Positions 25,542 through 35,832 of a stretch of 50,411 nucleotides of DNA are shown here, piece after piece. Every line of letters begins with the position of its first letter. Within the stretch, counting starts at the first letter, position 1. The DNA lies in contig JBNMJW010000001.1 of assembly GCA_050874025.1 (NCBI GenBank), positions 1 through 50,411 on the forward strand, given 5' to 3'. The DNA comes from Candidatus Ornithospirochaeta sp. (GTDB lineage Bacteria > Spirochaetota > Spirochaetia > Sphaerochaetales > Sphaerochaetaceae). The notes beneath the pieces are model-generated. The model was given only the letters and a program-made list of their open reading frames with translations. It was not told where the DNA came from and did no database searches. The position numbers and the translations under genes were made by a program.

Positions 25542-27218
25542 TTATTTATTCTTCTTTTCTTTTACCGTTAAATAGACTTCATATCCTTTCTTTACAACAA
25601 AGAAAGCAAGAGAAACTATACTTATCCAAATGAAAATGTGAACAAATAAATCGATATGCTCTACATAGAATGTATTAGCATTATTTTCACTTTTATATAC
25701 AGGAACATCATATATATGGTAACCCATTGTAAATGGCTCCATAGGGTCAACTATCTCACCTGTAGGAAGAATAAGACATGTAATTCCACTATTAGTTCCT
25801 CTAACCATGCTCTTTCTTGTTTCTACAGATCTAAAAGCAGCAATCTCTGCATGTTGCCATTCTGCAGAAGCCTTCTTTGACCAATTATCATTAGTCATAT
25901 TAATGATTAGATCTGCTCCGTTTTTAACAAAGAGAGCATCTAAGGAACTGAAGGAATCCTCATAGCATATTGGTGTTGAGAATTTAACTCCATTAAGATC
26001 AAATACAGTAGAGTCTGTGCCAGGAATCCACCAATTATAATCCATCGATTTCAATAGCTTATATAAAAGTGGCAATTGCTTTTCATATGGGAAATGTTCA
26101 GTAAAAGGTACTAAATGCTGTTTCACATACTCACCTTCAATCTTGCCATCTTTAAAGAGAACAACTGTGTTGTACTCTTCGCTATTTTTGTTTCCATCTT
26201 CATCGTATGGTGGCTTAGTTTCATCCTTAATGACAGACTTAGGGTTACCTGTTAATAGTGGAACTTTAATAGACTCTGCGTATTCAACAAAATCTAAAGT
26301 CAAATCATGAATTTCTTCCCATACCGTTCCCTCTGCGCTGTACTTTGTATGCCAGCTAATAGATGGGACAAAGGCAGTTTCAGACCATACAACTAAATCT
26401 GGGTTGTATTGTAAAGATTCTGTTGTATATCGCTTTAGGTTATTAAAGTTATTTCTATATGTTCTGTATCCACCCTTCCACGAGTCATGATTGTGCTGGA
26501 TAGTTGCAATTCTTACAGCGTCATCACTCTCTCTGTTTTCCCAATAAGAGAGTCTATTTGCTCCATAGATAAGAGAGATAATTACAAGAATAAGATAAAT
26601 AGAGATTTCAATAATATTACTCTTTAATCGCTTCTTTATCTCTATTTTCTCTGAATGGGCAAATGCTAAGAGCCAATCAGATAGATATGCTTGAGGAAAT
26701 ACCATTAGATATATTATTCCCCATATTCCTGTTATATCGGCTATCTGATATGTAATGCGATAAGGATATAGAGCATATACTATATTGCCATATGGATATC
26801 CAGCGAACCATGATTCAGCTAAGTATGCATAGCTTGCCCATATAAAACCTTTAAAAATATAGCCTTTCTTTGGAAATGCTTCATCTATAGCTTTCAAAGC
26901 TAAAAATAGAAGCACCATCTCACCACCCTTAATTACAGGTGCTATTACTATAGCAAGGGCATGGAACCCTTTAAGCCAATAATTAAAGAAAAAATAATAG
27001 ACTAAGCCAAAAATAAAGCCATAAAACCAAACACATCTCCACGATGTATTTTTTATAACAGCAAATACAGGAATAAGTGCAATTAAACTTAAAAAGCCAA
27101 AACCATTAGCTGTCAAAAAACCAGGAAAAGAGGCAGCTAATACAAATGCGGATGCTAATAAAACAAGAACCTCAGAACAAAGTGTTCCGAGGCTCCTTGG
27201 ATAGTTATTTTTTTTCAA
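25542..27218 (-). CDS. lnt: apolipoprotein N-acyltransferase
   Basis: Multi-TM N-terminal half plus a CN-hydrolase domain (VVWSETA, ICYEDSF). Confidence 0.9.
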   Translation of the reverse strand: MKKNNYPRSLGTLCSEVLVLLASAFVLAASFPGFLTANGFGFLSLIALIPVFAVIKNTSWRCVWFYGFIFGLVYYFFFNYWLKGFHALAIVIAPVIKGGEMVLLFLALKAIDEAFPKKGYIFKGFIWASYAYLAESWFAGYPYGNIVYALYPYRITYQIADITGIWGIIYLMVFPQAYLSDWLLAFAHSEKIEIKKRLKSNIIEISIYLILVIISLIYGANRLSYWENRESDDAVRIATIQHNHDSWKGGYRTYRNNFNNLKRYTTESLQYNPDLVVWSETAFVPSISWHTKYSAEGTVWEEIHDLTLDFVEYAESIKVPLLTGNPKSVIKDETKPPYDEDGNKNSEEYNTVVLFKDGKIEGEYVKQHLVPFTEHFPYEKQLPLLYKLLKSMDYNWWIPGTDSTVFDLNGVKFSTPICYEDSFSSLDALFVKNGADLIINMTNDNWSKKASAEWQHAEIAAFRSVETRKSMVRGTNSGITCLILPTGEIVDPMEPFTMGYHIYDVPVYKSENNANTFYVEHIDLFVHIFIWISIVSLAFFVVKKGYEVYLTVKEKKNK

Positions 27219-27234
27219 AGAAAACTCTCCGTAA

Positions 27235-27549
27235 TTATTCTTCTTCTATGCCACTTGTAAGGTCCCAAACGAAATCCTTGAGTTCCTTACCAGGTCTAAA
27301 GATAGCAACACCATGCCTATCAACAGCGACAACTTCGCCAGTCTTTGGATTTCGTGCCTTCTCTCTACCTTTTCTGACTCTTACTTCAAAAGTACCAAAG
27401 CCTCTAAGCTCAATAATACGACCATCTTTTAAACCATCTTTAATCTCTTCAAAGAGTTCATCGATGATAAAATGTATCTCAGCTCTATTGAAACCAAGCT
27501 TATTGTGCAAGTTTTCAATAATTGCAGCCTTTGTAAGTTTCTCTTGCAT
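27235..27549 (-). CDS. hbb: HU/IHF-family DNA-binding protein, Hbb-like
   Basis: The segment LRGFGTFEVRVRKGREKARNPKTGEVVAVDRHGVAIFRPGKELKDFVW is close to Borrelia Hbb as I remember it. Its position beside rpsT matches the spirochaetal arrangement. Confidence 0.85.
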   Translation of the reverse strand: MQEKLTKAAIIENLHNKLGFNRAEIHFIIDELFEEIKDGLKDGRIIELRGFGTFEVRVRKGREKARNPKTGEVVAVDRHGVAIFRPGKELKDFVWDLTSGIEEE

Positions 27550-27573
27550 TTTTATTCTCCAAAGTAATTTTGG

Positions 27574-27834
27574 TTATGCTAATTTAGCAAATGCCTGTGC
27601 CATTCTACTCTTTTTTCTGCTAGCTGTATTCTTGTGGATTACACCCTTGCTTGCTGCAGAATCAAGAAGTTTTGCAGAAAGAGCTAATGCCTCTTTAGCA
27701 GCTTCCTTATCACCTGCAACTACAGCTGCATTAAATTTTTTAACTGCTGTGCGGCAAGTACTCTTAGCTGCGCGATTTCTAAGGCGACGCTTAGCGTTCT
27801 GACGATCTCTCTTCTCTACGGACTTGTTAGACAT
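27574..27834 (-). CDS. rpsT: 30S ribosomal protein S20
   Basis: Sequence MSNKSVEKRDRQNAKRRLRNRAAKS. The start is moved to the ATG preceded by GGAGG. Confidence 0.95.
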   Translation of the reverse strand: MSNKSVEKRDRQNAKRRLRNRAAKSTCRTAVKKFNAAVVAGDKEAAKEALALSAKLLDSAASKGVIHKNTASRKKSRMAQAFAKLA

Positions 27835-27968
27835 TATATTTCCTCCAAACGTTAACAAAAAGTCAAAATAAATATATCTGTCATGTAACGACAATTAACG
27901 AAATTATCATAATAGATAATTTGGGTCAACAGATATATCTTACTTTCATAAAAGAAATTGTTAAAAAT

Positions 27969-28991
27969 TCAGTCTTCACTAAAAAGCTCATCTTGATAGT
28001 CTTGATAGACTTCCCAAAATCCTGTTTCGCCATCAAAATAAACTTCATCAAATGGAATAAAAATTTGCCTTCCATCGGTTGTCATGCATGTGAGTTTTCT
28101 CGATAAAATATTTATCTCACTTACTCTCCAAATATCATGATCTATCTTGAGCTTTGTTCCTTCTGGAGGTACTCCGGCCTTCTCTTCCATGTAGTATTCA
28201 TATTCATATGCTAAACAGCATAACAAACGTCCACAAGGCCCACTAATCTTTGCCGAGTTAAGAGAAAGATTTTGCTCTTTCGCCATCTTTATCGTAACAG
28301 GCTCCATCTCCCTATTCATAGCATGACAGCAATAGTCTCTACCACAAACAGATAACCCTCCAATGAGCCTTGATTCGTCTCTTACGCCGATTTGACGTAA
28401 TTCAATACGCATTCTAAAAACAGCAACAAGATCTTTAACGAGCTCTCTGAAGTCTACTCTTTCTTCCGCGGTGAAGAAGAAGATTACTTTACTCTCTCCA
28501 AGCAAGAAGTGAGCTGAAATCAGCTTCATTCCAAGCTTATGCTTTATTATCTTTTCTCGGCATACTTCTAAAGCCGTATCTTCTTGGCTTTTATTCTCTT
28601 CGTACTTTGCCATTTCAGCTGGTGTTGCTAAATGATCAATCCAAAGCACATCTCCATCCACCGTTGTTTTCTTGGCTTCACGACCGCATTGGCAACCAAA
28701 GCAAGATAGGCACTGATGTTCATTCTCTTCCCCTACACAACTTTCGTCCCCTTTCCCAAAGTGGAGACAAGCTCCCTGAGGAGAAGAAAGACCGGGAGTA
28801 TAATCAGCACCAAGTGTTGGAGCTGGTCCTATAACAATACCAAGGTCTAAGCCAAACTTAGTATCATAGACAACGGGAGTTCCTGCATAAATAACACTAT
28901 CCCAAGCGCCAAGACAAATATCGTTGTAGGATGGATTTTTTATCGCATATACATAAGCACTATCATCTTCGTGCATTAATTTTTTTTTCAT
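27969..28991 (-). CDS. PSP1-domain protein (RicT/YaaT-like) with a Cys-rich N-terminal insert
   Basis: PSP1 C-terminal block FFFTAEERVDFRELVKDL...IELRQIGVRD...GPCGRLLCCL. Confidence 0.8.
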   Translation of the reverse strand: MKKKLMHEDDSAYVYAIKNPSYNDICLGAWDSVIYAGTPVVYDTKFGLDLGIVIGPAPTLGADYTPGLSSPQGACLHFGKGDESCVGEENEHQCLSCFGCQCGREAKKTTVDGDVLWIDHLATPAEMAKYEENKSQEDTALEVCREKIIKHKLGMKLISAHFLLGESKVIFFFTAEERVDFRELVKDLVAVFRMRIELRQIGVRDESRLIGGLSVCGRDYCCHAMNREMEPVTIKMAKEQNLSLNSAKISGPCGRLLCCLAYEYEYYMEEKAGVPPEGTKLKIDHDIWRVSEINILSRKLTCMTTDGRQIFIPFDEVYFDGETGFWEVYQDYQDELFSED

Positions 28992-29072
28992 ACCTCAAAA
29001 GTTACCACGTAGAAAACCATTTTTCAATTGAAAAGACTGTCTCTTTATCCTTTACTTTGATATTCTCAAAGA

Positions 29073-30017
29073 ATGGATAATCCAAGATTTGTTCTAGCAC
29101 CACTTGCTGGATATACAGATAAAGCTTTTAGAGAAATATGTGTCTCTTATGGTGCAGAAGCCACTGTAAGTGAAATGGTAAGTGCAGAAGGCCTTAGCCG
29201 TGATAGCATAAAGACTATAGATTTGATGGACAAAAGTGAAAAAGAAAAGAATTACATTGTACAGCTTTTTGGTTCATCACCAGATCCTTTCTTAAGAGCA
29301 ATTGATGTCTTAAAAAAGAATAAAATTAAAAAAATAGATATAAACTGTGGCTGTCCAGTTCCTAAAGTTGTTAAGACAGGTAGTGGCTCTGCACTAATGA
29401 AAGAACCTAAAAAAATTAGAGAGATTGTAAAGGTACTCAAGGAAAACCTCAACATTCCAATTTCAGTAAAGTTTCGCCTAGGCTGGGATAATGACTCAAT
29501 TAATTATCTTGAATTTGCAGAAGAAGCTGTTCTTGGTGGAGCAACAGCTCTAACACTACATGCAAGAACTCGTTCTCAAGGCTACGAAGGAAAAGCTGAT
29601 AGAAATGCTTTTAAAGTGCTCTCAGATCACTTTAAAGGTGAAAATATATTACTTTACGCTTCAGGCGATGTATTCACTCCAGAAGACGCAGTAGATATCA
29701 TCACTAACTATGGCATGGATGGCGTTATGTTTGCTCGTGGCGCTATTGGCAATCCATTCATCTTTAAAGAGACTAAGGACTACATAGAAACTGGAGAATA
29801 TACTCTGCCATCCCTAGAAGAAAGAATAGAATGTGCCCTTAATCATTATGATATTTTTGCCAAATATTACGGAGAAGATGTTGCCTCCAGAGCAATGAGA
29901 AAGCATGCATTAGCATACTGCAAGGGCCTCAAGGGCGCAGCTAAATGCAAGAATTTAATTAGCCTTGCAAAAGAAAAGAAAGACTACATCGATGCCTTTT
30001 CTACCCTCTATAATTAA
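29073..30017 (+). CDS. dusB: tRNA-dihydrouridine synthase
   Basis: Motifs LAPLAGYTDKAFR, INCGCPVPKV and LTLHARTR. Confidence 0.85.
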   Translation: MDNPRFVLAPLAGYTDKAFREICVSYGAEATVSEMVSAEGLSRDSIKTIDLMDKSEKEKNYIVQLFGSSPDPFLRAIDVLKKNKIKKIDINCGCPVPKVVKTGSGSALMKEPKKIREIVKVLKENLNIPISVKFRLGWDNDSINYLEFAEEAVLGGATALTLHARTRSQGYEGKADRNAFKVLSDHFKGENILLYASGDVFTPEDAVDIITNYGMDGVMFARGAIGNPFIFKETKDYIETGEYTLPSLEERIECALNHYDIFAKYYGEDVASRAMRKHALAYCKGLKGAAKCKNLISLAKEKKDYIDAFSTLYN

Positions 30018-30021
30018 GAAA

Positions 30022-30047
30022 GGGAGCAACTTAGGCTCCCATTTTTA
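30022..30047. terminator. bidirectional stem-loop terminator between dus and the opp operon tail
   Basis: Stem GGGAGC-aacttag-GCTCCC is followed by ATTTTT on the plus strand and by TTTCTT on the minus strand. Confidence 0.6.
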
Positions 30048-30305
30048 ATTCTTAAAAACAACAAAATCTAAGAAGAAAATAAAAAGAAAATAAGCTCCAA
30101 TAAAGACAGCCCCAACAAGAAGCGCAGCCTTTAAAACACCGCGAATAAAGTACTTATACTCCTTAGGTGATAAATCAAGTTTCTCACCTTTACTATCACT
30201 ATCTTGTTTAGGTCTGTACCATGGAAGCCCTTCGACATTCATGTCGGCAAAGCTTCTCATGTCATCTTCGTCATCTTCTTTTCTTTTCTTTGAGAACATA
30301 TTCAC
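30045..30305 (-). CDS. small C-terminally anchored membrane protein (86 aa)
   Basis: Acidic N-terminus and a single C-terminal TM helix (LLVGAVFIGAYFLFIFFL). It overlaps oppF by 4 nt. Confidence 0.5.
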   Translation of the reverse strand: MNMFSKKRKEDDEDDMRSFADMNVEGLPWYRPKQDSDSKGEKLDLSPKEYKYFIRGVLKAALLVGAVFIGAYFLFIFFLDFVVFKN

Positions 30306-31417
30306 TTCTTTTTGTTCTTCTTATTCTTTTCTAGTTCTTCTTTTTCTTTCTCTTCTTTAATGAGCTTTTCCATTAGTCTCTTAGCATTCTTGTTCTCTTC
30401 ATCTGTATTAAAGAGATGGCACGCACAGAAATGCTCGCTCTCAACTTCTTTAAACTCAGGAGATACATACTTACAAATCTCCATGCACTTTCTACAACGA
30501 GTATGGAATTTGCATCCCTTTGGAGGATTAGCAGGAGAAGGAATAGAACCCTCAAGAATAATTCTCTCCATATGGAAATCTGGATCTGGAACAGGAATAG
30601 CTGAGAAGAGTGCCTCTGTATATGGATGAAGAGGTTTGCTAAATAGCTTATCTGTTGGAGCAAACTCAACCATATTACCCAGGTACATAACCCCAACTGT
30701 ATCTGAAATGTGTTCAACAACAGAAAGGTCATGAGAGATAAATAAATATGTTAATCCAAATTCTTTCTGCAAGTCCTTAAGAAGGTTAATAATCTGAGCT
30801 TGAATTGATACATCAAGAGCAGAGACAGGTTCATCACAAAGTATAAAGTCTGGGTTTAGAGCAAGAGCACGCGCAATACAAATACGCTGGCGCTGTCCAC
30901 CAGAGAATTCATGAGGGTATCTTGCTTTAGCATATTCAGGTAATCCACAAGCAGCCATTACACGTGTAATGTAATCATCAAACTCTTCTGGAGGAACAAT
31001 TTTATGCTCCCTAACAGCTTCTCCAATAATTTCACCAACAGGAAGACGAGGAGAAAGAGAAGAATAAGGATCCTGGAAAATTATCTGGATATTTGGTCTC
31101 TCCTTTCTTAATTCATCTTTAGAGAGAGAAAAGAGCTCTCTACCATTGAAATAGACCTCTCCAGATGTCTTTTCCTGTAGGCGAAGTATTGTTCTTCCTA
31201 TAGTACTCTTACCACATCCACTTTCGCCAACAAGACCCATTGTTGTACCTTTCTTAATTTTAAAAGATACACCATCTACAGCCTTAACATTGCCAACAAC
31301 CATCTTGAAAAAGCTACTCTTAATGGGGAAGTATTTCTTCAAATTCTTTACAACAAGAAGGTTCTCAGGATCTTTTTCTGCACCATCTAGTATGTTTTTC
31401 ATTCTTTTTTCTGCCAT
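30302..31417 (-). CDS. oppF: Opp/Dpp-type ABC ATP-binding protein F, with a Lys/Glu-rich C-terminal tail
   Basis: Walker A GESGCGKST, FSGGQRQR, ILCDEPVSALD and an oligo_HPY C-terminal region. Confidence 0.9.
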   Translation of the reverse strand: MAEKRMKNILDGAEKDPENLLVVKNLKKYFPIKSSFFKMVVGNVKAVDGVSFKIKKGTTMGLVGESGCGKSTIGRTILRLQEKTSGEVYFNGRELFSLSKDELRKERPNIQIIFQDPYSSLSPRLPVGEIIGEAVREHKIVPPEEFDDYITRVMAACGLPEYAKARYPHEFSGGQRQRICIARALALNPDFILCDEPVSALDVSIQAQIINLLKDLQKEFGLTYLFISHDLSVVEHISDTVGVMYLGNMVEFAPTDKLFSKPLHPYTEALFSAIPVPDPDFHMERIILEGSIPSPANPPKGCKFHTRCRKCMEICKYVSPEFKEVESEHFCACHLFNTDEENKNAKRLMEKLIKEEKEKEELEKNKKNKKK

Positions 31418-31420
31418 TTC

Positions 31421-32596
31421 TTATAGCTCCTCTGGGTTAACAGTCTTAGGATATTCAATAACATTCTTCTCATCATAGAATCTATAACAAGAAACAACAT
31501 GAGTATCACTAATCTTAATTGATGGAGGATAGATTCCGGCACACTTATCGCACTGAAGCTCGCATCTATCTCTGAAGTAACAATAATTAAGCATGTTTAC
31601 AGGGTTAGGAACACTACCAGGAATATTGTAGAGATGATCTACTTTCTTACCAACAACTGGTTTTGATTTCATCAAACCAATTGTATATGGATGAGCTGGG
31701 TGATGGAAAATATCTTCTGCAGTTCCCTTCTCTATAACACGACCTGCGTACATAACAACAACATAGTCTGCCATACCAGCAACAACACCAAGGTCATGAG
31801 TAATAAGCATAATAGAAGAACCTATCTTCTTCTTCAAATTCTCTAATAAATCAAGTATTTGAGCCTGAATAGTAACATCGAGTGCTGTTGTTGGCTCGTC
31901 AGCAATGATTAAGTCTGGCTTACAAGCAAGAGCAATTGCTATCATTACTCTCTGTCTCATTCCACCGCTAAGTTCATGAGGATACATCTTATATACACCC
32001 TCTTTGTTAGCGATTCCAACCATTTCCAAAAGCTCAAGAGTCCTATTTTTAACCTCTTCTTCACTCATATCTGGATTGTGAAGAGTAATAGCTTCATCAA
32101 CCTGCTCGCCAATACGGAATACAGGGTTTAAGCTTGTCATTGGCTCTTGGAAGATCATACTCATCCTGTTACCACGAATAGTTTCCATAACAGAATTAGG
32201 TGTATTTACGATGTTGTAAGCCGTTCCGTCTCCCTTATTAAAGCGAATCTCACCACCTACAACTTGACCTGAAGGTCGTTGCAAAAGCTGCATTAGAGAT
32301 AGCGATGTAACACTCTTTCCACAACCACTTTCTCCAACAACACCTACTGTACTGTTTTTAGGGACCTCAAATGTAATACCATCTACAGCTTTAACAGTAC
32401 CAACTTCAGAAAAGAAGAATGTACAAACATTATCAAATTCGACAACGTTATTTGGATTCTTCATCACAGTTGTGTAGAGCTTTGGATCCTTATTTGCATT
32501 AGCTCTCTCTTCTTCGAGCTTCTTTGTAACACGTCTATTGAATTTTGTAATTCGTCTGGATTCTTTTCCAGAAATATATGATGAATGGTCTGACAT
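31421..32596 (-). CDS. oppD: Opp/Dpp-type ABC ATP-binding protein D, with an N-terminal extension of about 50 aa
   Basis: Walker A GESGCGKS, LSGGMRQR and IIADEPTTALD. Confidence 0.9.
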   Translation of the reverse strand: MSDHSSYISGKESRRITKFNRRVTKKLEEERANANKDPKLYTTVMKNPNNVVEFDNVCTFFFSEVGTVKAVDGITFEVPKNSTVGVVGESGCGKSVTSLSLMQLLQRPSGQVVGGEIRFNKGDGTAYNIVNTPNSVMETIRGNRMSMIFQEPMTSLNPVFRIGEQVDEAITLHNPDMSEEEVKNRTLELLEMVGIANKEGVYKMYPHELSGGMRQRVMIAIALACKPDLIIADEPTTALDVTIQAQILDLLENLKKKIGSSIMLITHDLGVVAGMADYVVVMYAGRVIEKGTAEDIFHHPAHPYTIGLMKSKPVVGKKVDHLYNIPGSVPNPVNMLNYCYFRDRCELQCDKCAGIYPPSIKISDTHVVSCYRFYDEKNVIEYPKTVNPEEL

Positions 32597-32601
32597 CTAT
32601 A

Positions 32602-34641
32602 TTACCTCTTTCCCTTAGGGTCATAAGCATCTCTGAGGCCATCACCCACAAAGTTAAATGAAATAACTGTAAAGCTAATTAATAGTCCTACAGGAATCCA
32701 AATATATGGATAGTGAGTCATTGCAGATGCAGAGGAAACGCTGTTAATCATTGTTCCCCATGTTGCAAGAGGATGCTTAACACCAAGACCCAAGAATGAC
32801 AATGTTGACTCTGTCAAGATTGTTCCACCAATACCCATCGTTGCTAATACAATAAGCTGTGGCATAACGTTTGGGATTAGATGCTTGAAGATTCTATCTT
32901 TTACACGAATACCTGTTGCTTCTGTTGCTATCATGAATTCTTGTTCTCTAAATGAGAGAATCTGACCTCTAACTAATCGAGCAACACCAGCCCAGCCCAT
33001 GATACCTAGGGCAGCCATCATGATGAATAGTCTTCTATAAACATCCATTCTCATAGCATCCATGATACCACCAAGAATAATCATGATAGGCATACTTGGA
33101 AGACAATAGAAGATATCTACAAGTCTCATGATGATATTATCAACCCAACCACCATAGTAACCTGCTAAACCTCCCATTATGATACCGAGGATTAACTCTA
33201 TTAAAACAACAACGAAACCTACCATTAATGATACTCTTCCACCATGCATAATACGAGAGAAGACATCAAAACCGTCTCCATCTGTACCAAGAATGTGTGT
33301 AAGAGAAGGAGAAGCATAACGATCAATTACGTATGTTATCTGATTAGCCCAAAGCTCATAGCTTCTATCGGTCTTTTTTACTCTAAGTTCAGTTGGCGTA
33401 AGAATAGTATTTCCATTTTCATCAGTGGCAAATCTACCATCTTCTGTCTGCTGAGGAAGTGTTGTATCAAATGATGTTTCACTCTTATTTTCCTCAAGCA
33501 TCTGCCATATTCCTTCTGCAATTTCCTGCTTAGCTACATAAGGGATGGTATCTTCACCGTTGTTTCTTCTGATAATAAATGTTGAGAACTCGCCCTCTTC
33601 ATTATTATTTGAGTCAAAGATTCTAATAACTTCACTGTCTTCATCCCTTACAAAATGGTATTCCATTCCATTTGCAGTAAAGGTATCTGATGAATATACA
33701 GCAAGTAATGCATTGTTTCTAAATTCATCAGTTACGCTCTTAGACGAATCAAAGAGGTCAATAACAAATGTTGTAAAAACTTTTGCAACCTTTTTAGTTT
33801 CTAGAGAGTAGACATTTTTAGTGGCACCTACACTAGTGACAAAGTATTCTTTTCCTTCAAAAGAAAATGAAACATTCGCTGTTACGTTTTCTGCTTCTTT
33901 TTCAAAATCTGAAGAAAGAGGAGCGTTTTCATAAACAAAGCCTTCAACAGTCTTAGTAACAGTGTAATTCTTTCCTGTATTTTTCTTGAATGAATACTCA
34001 ACATCGTTAAGAGTAAACTTGCCGCTATTGCCTTTTATTTTTAGCTTTGCAAGTTCTTCGAAGCCTTCATCACTAGAAGCACCATCTAAATAGTTAAATG
34101 TACGGAAAACACCATCATAAGTTGCATACTGAACGCTACTTGATCCAAAGGAAGCAACCTTCTCTGCACTTCTTTGTGATAATGTGTATACCTCTTCTCC
34201 AAGCTTATCGATTTCATAAGCATTTCCATCATCAGCTATAGAAACATATGAAGAAAGAGAATTACTCTGCATTGTCTTAATGTTTGTTGTCATATAGCTA
34301 TTAGCTTTTGTATCAACATTAATAGAACTATCAACAACATATCCAGTAAACGATGTGCTTTCTGTAGCAACGCCTAAACGAGTATTAATAACATCATATT
34401 TGTAGAAAGTTTGCTTTTGGCCATAAGGATAAAATATGGGGCCCAAGAAACAGAAAATAAAGAGAACGATAACAGATACAAATCCAAAGACAGCTAATCT
34501 GTTACGTAAGAATCTCTTTATAACCTGACGTGTTGGAGACAAAACCTTTACACGTGATACATCATCAAGGCGTTCTTCCTCATGCTTTGGGGAACTTATT
34601 TTTTTCTTCTTTAAAACATCATTTAAATTGTATGAAGCCAT
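32602..34641 (-). CDS. oppC: Opp/Dpp-type permease C with a ~370-aa extracytoplasmic insertion
   Basis: The canonical OppC core starts at HILGTDGDGFDVFSRIMHGGRVSL (around aa 448). TM1 lies at aa 50-70, with a large insert between them. Confidence 0.85.
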   Translation of the reverse strand: MASYNLNDVLKKKKISSPKHEEERLDDVSRVKVLSPTRQVIKRFLRNRLAVFGFVSVIVLFIFCFLGPIFYPYGQKQTFYKYDVINTRLGVATESTSFTGYVVDSSINVDTKANSYMTTNIKTMQSNSLSSYVSIADDGNAYEIDKLGEEVYTLSQRSAEKVASFGSSSVQYATYDGVFRTFNYLDGASSDEGFEELAKLKIKGNSGKFTLNDVEYSFKKNTGKNYTVTKTVEGFVYENAPLSSDFEKEAENVTANVSFSFEGKEYFVTSVGATKNVYSLETKKVAKVFTTFVIDLFDSSKSVTDEFRNNALLAVYSSDTFTANGMEYHFVRDEDSEVIRIFDSNNNEEGEFSTFIIRRNNGEDTIPYVAKQEIAEGIWQMLEENKSETSFDTTLPQQTEDGRFATDENGNTILTPTELRVKKTDRSYELWANQITYVIDRYASPSLTHILGTDGDGFDVFSRIMHGGRVSLMVGFVVVLIELILGIIMGGLAGYYGGWVDNIIMRLVDIFYCLPSMPIMIILGGIMDAMRMDVYRRLFIMMAALGIMGWAGVARLVRGQILSFREQEFMIATEATGIRVKDRIFKHLIPNVMPQLIVLATMGIGGTILTESTLSFLGLGVKHPLATWGTMINSVSSASAMTHYPYIWIPVGLLISFTVISFNFVGDGLRDAYDPKGKR

Positions 34642-34652
34642 CTAAATTCTCC

Positions 34653-35642
34653 TTAACCAAGTCTTACACGAGGGTCAACCGCAGCATAAAGCAGGTCTGT
34701 AATCAAGTTTCCAAGTAATGTCAAAATAGAGATAAATGCCAAGTAGAACATTACAAAAGGAATATCACCCTGAACCATTGAGTTATAGGATGCGTATCCA
34801 ATACCTCTAATACCAAAAAGTGTTTCAGTAATAAGAGCACCAGAGAATAGTCCTGGAAGTGATCCACCAAGTGTAGTTACTAGTGGAATAAGGGTATTTC
34901 TGAAAGCATGATAATTAATAACTTTCTTCTCTGGTACGCCCTTAGCTCTTGCTGTTCTGATGTAGTCTGAATTCAATACTTCAAGCATATTAGTTCTTGT
35001 GTATCTCATAAGACCACCTATTGAAATAATTGAAAGAGTGAGTGCTGGTAAGAAGAAATGTTTAGCTAAATCTAAAAACTTTCCAAATTGTGAAAGGTTT
35101 TGATAGTTTCTACCCTGCATTCCCATTAGGTCAAACCAACCAAGCTTAACGGAGAATATATACTTCAAAAGAGTAGCAAGGAAGAATGTTGGAAGAGAAA
35201 TACTTATCATAGCAAATATGGTTGTAAAATAATCGGCAAAACCATATTGTTTCTTTGCCGCAAGTATTCCGAGAGGAATGGCAACAAGTATTTCAACAAA
35301 GAAAGAAACTAAAGATAACGCAAAGCTATACCATATAGTATTGTGGAATTCCTTTGTTACAGGAATAGTCCAAGCCCAGCTATCACCCCAATTGCCACTT
35401 AAAGCGGTCCCAAGCCAAATAAAATATCCTCTTAAGATTCCTTTGTCCATACCATATTGGGCATTTAAGTCATCTAACCATTCTGAATAACTCTTGGCAG
35501 CACCTGGTCGGGATGCCAATTCTCGAGCCTTGGTCTCTAAGTAGTTACCAGGCATATTATACATTAGTGAGTAGACAATGAGCATTACAAAGAAAAGAAT
35601 AACTATACTATACAATACTCTCTTAAGCGTATACTTTAACAC
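34653..35642 (-). CDS. oppB: Opp/Dpp-type permease B
   Basis: The N-terminal MLKYTLKRVLYSIVILF and the motif YIRTARAKG are typical of OppB/DppB. It has a GTG start after AAGGAGG. Confidence 0.9.
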   Translation of the reverse strand: MLKYTLKRVLYSIVILFFVMLIVYSLMYNMPGNYLETKARELASRPGAAKSYSEWLDDLNAQYGMDKGILRGYFIWLGTALSGNWGDSWAWTIPVTKEFHNTIWYSFALSLVSFFVEILVAIPLGILAAKKQYGFADYFTTIFAMISISLPTFFLATLLKYIFSVKLGWFDLMGMQGRNYQNLSQFGKFLDLAKHFFLPALTLSIISIGGLMRYTRTNMLEVLNSDYIRTARAKGVPEKKVINYHAFRNTLIPLVTTLGGSLPGLFSGALITETLFGIRGIGYASYNSMVQGDIPFVMFYLAFISILTLLGNLITDLLYAAVDPRVRLG

Positions 35643-35832
35643 TTCTTATTTGTCCTCCTTCTATCTGATTTTTGCAAACAAACACAAACGGGCTCATCAA
35701 GTCCGTGAGTCAATTTTCAGAATACTCTATATTTTGTTATTGGTCAAACAGTTTTGTACAAAAAGTAAAAAATTGTTATTTTTTAATTCCTTACAATAAA
35801 AGAAATTACAAAAATTATACAGAAAAATTAAC

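Noticed and set aside
27146-27802. 218-aa plus-strand ORF spanning the lnt 5' end, hbb and rpsT in antisense.
   Set aside because: It is antisense to three well-supported genes, is Ser/Leu-rich, and has no motif or RBS.
28980-28991. An A9 run directly after the PSP1-gene ATG, and an A9/T9 run at 21042-21050 upstream of the S41-like gene, considered as phase-variation tracts.
   Set aside because: Homopolymers of 8-9 nt are common throughout this AT-rich sequence. The PSP1 tract encodes Lys-Lys-Lys and an in-frame Met follows. A single sequence gives no evidence of length variation.
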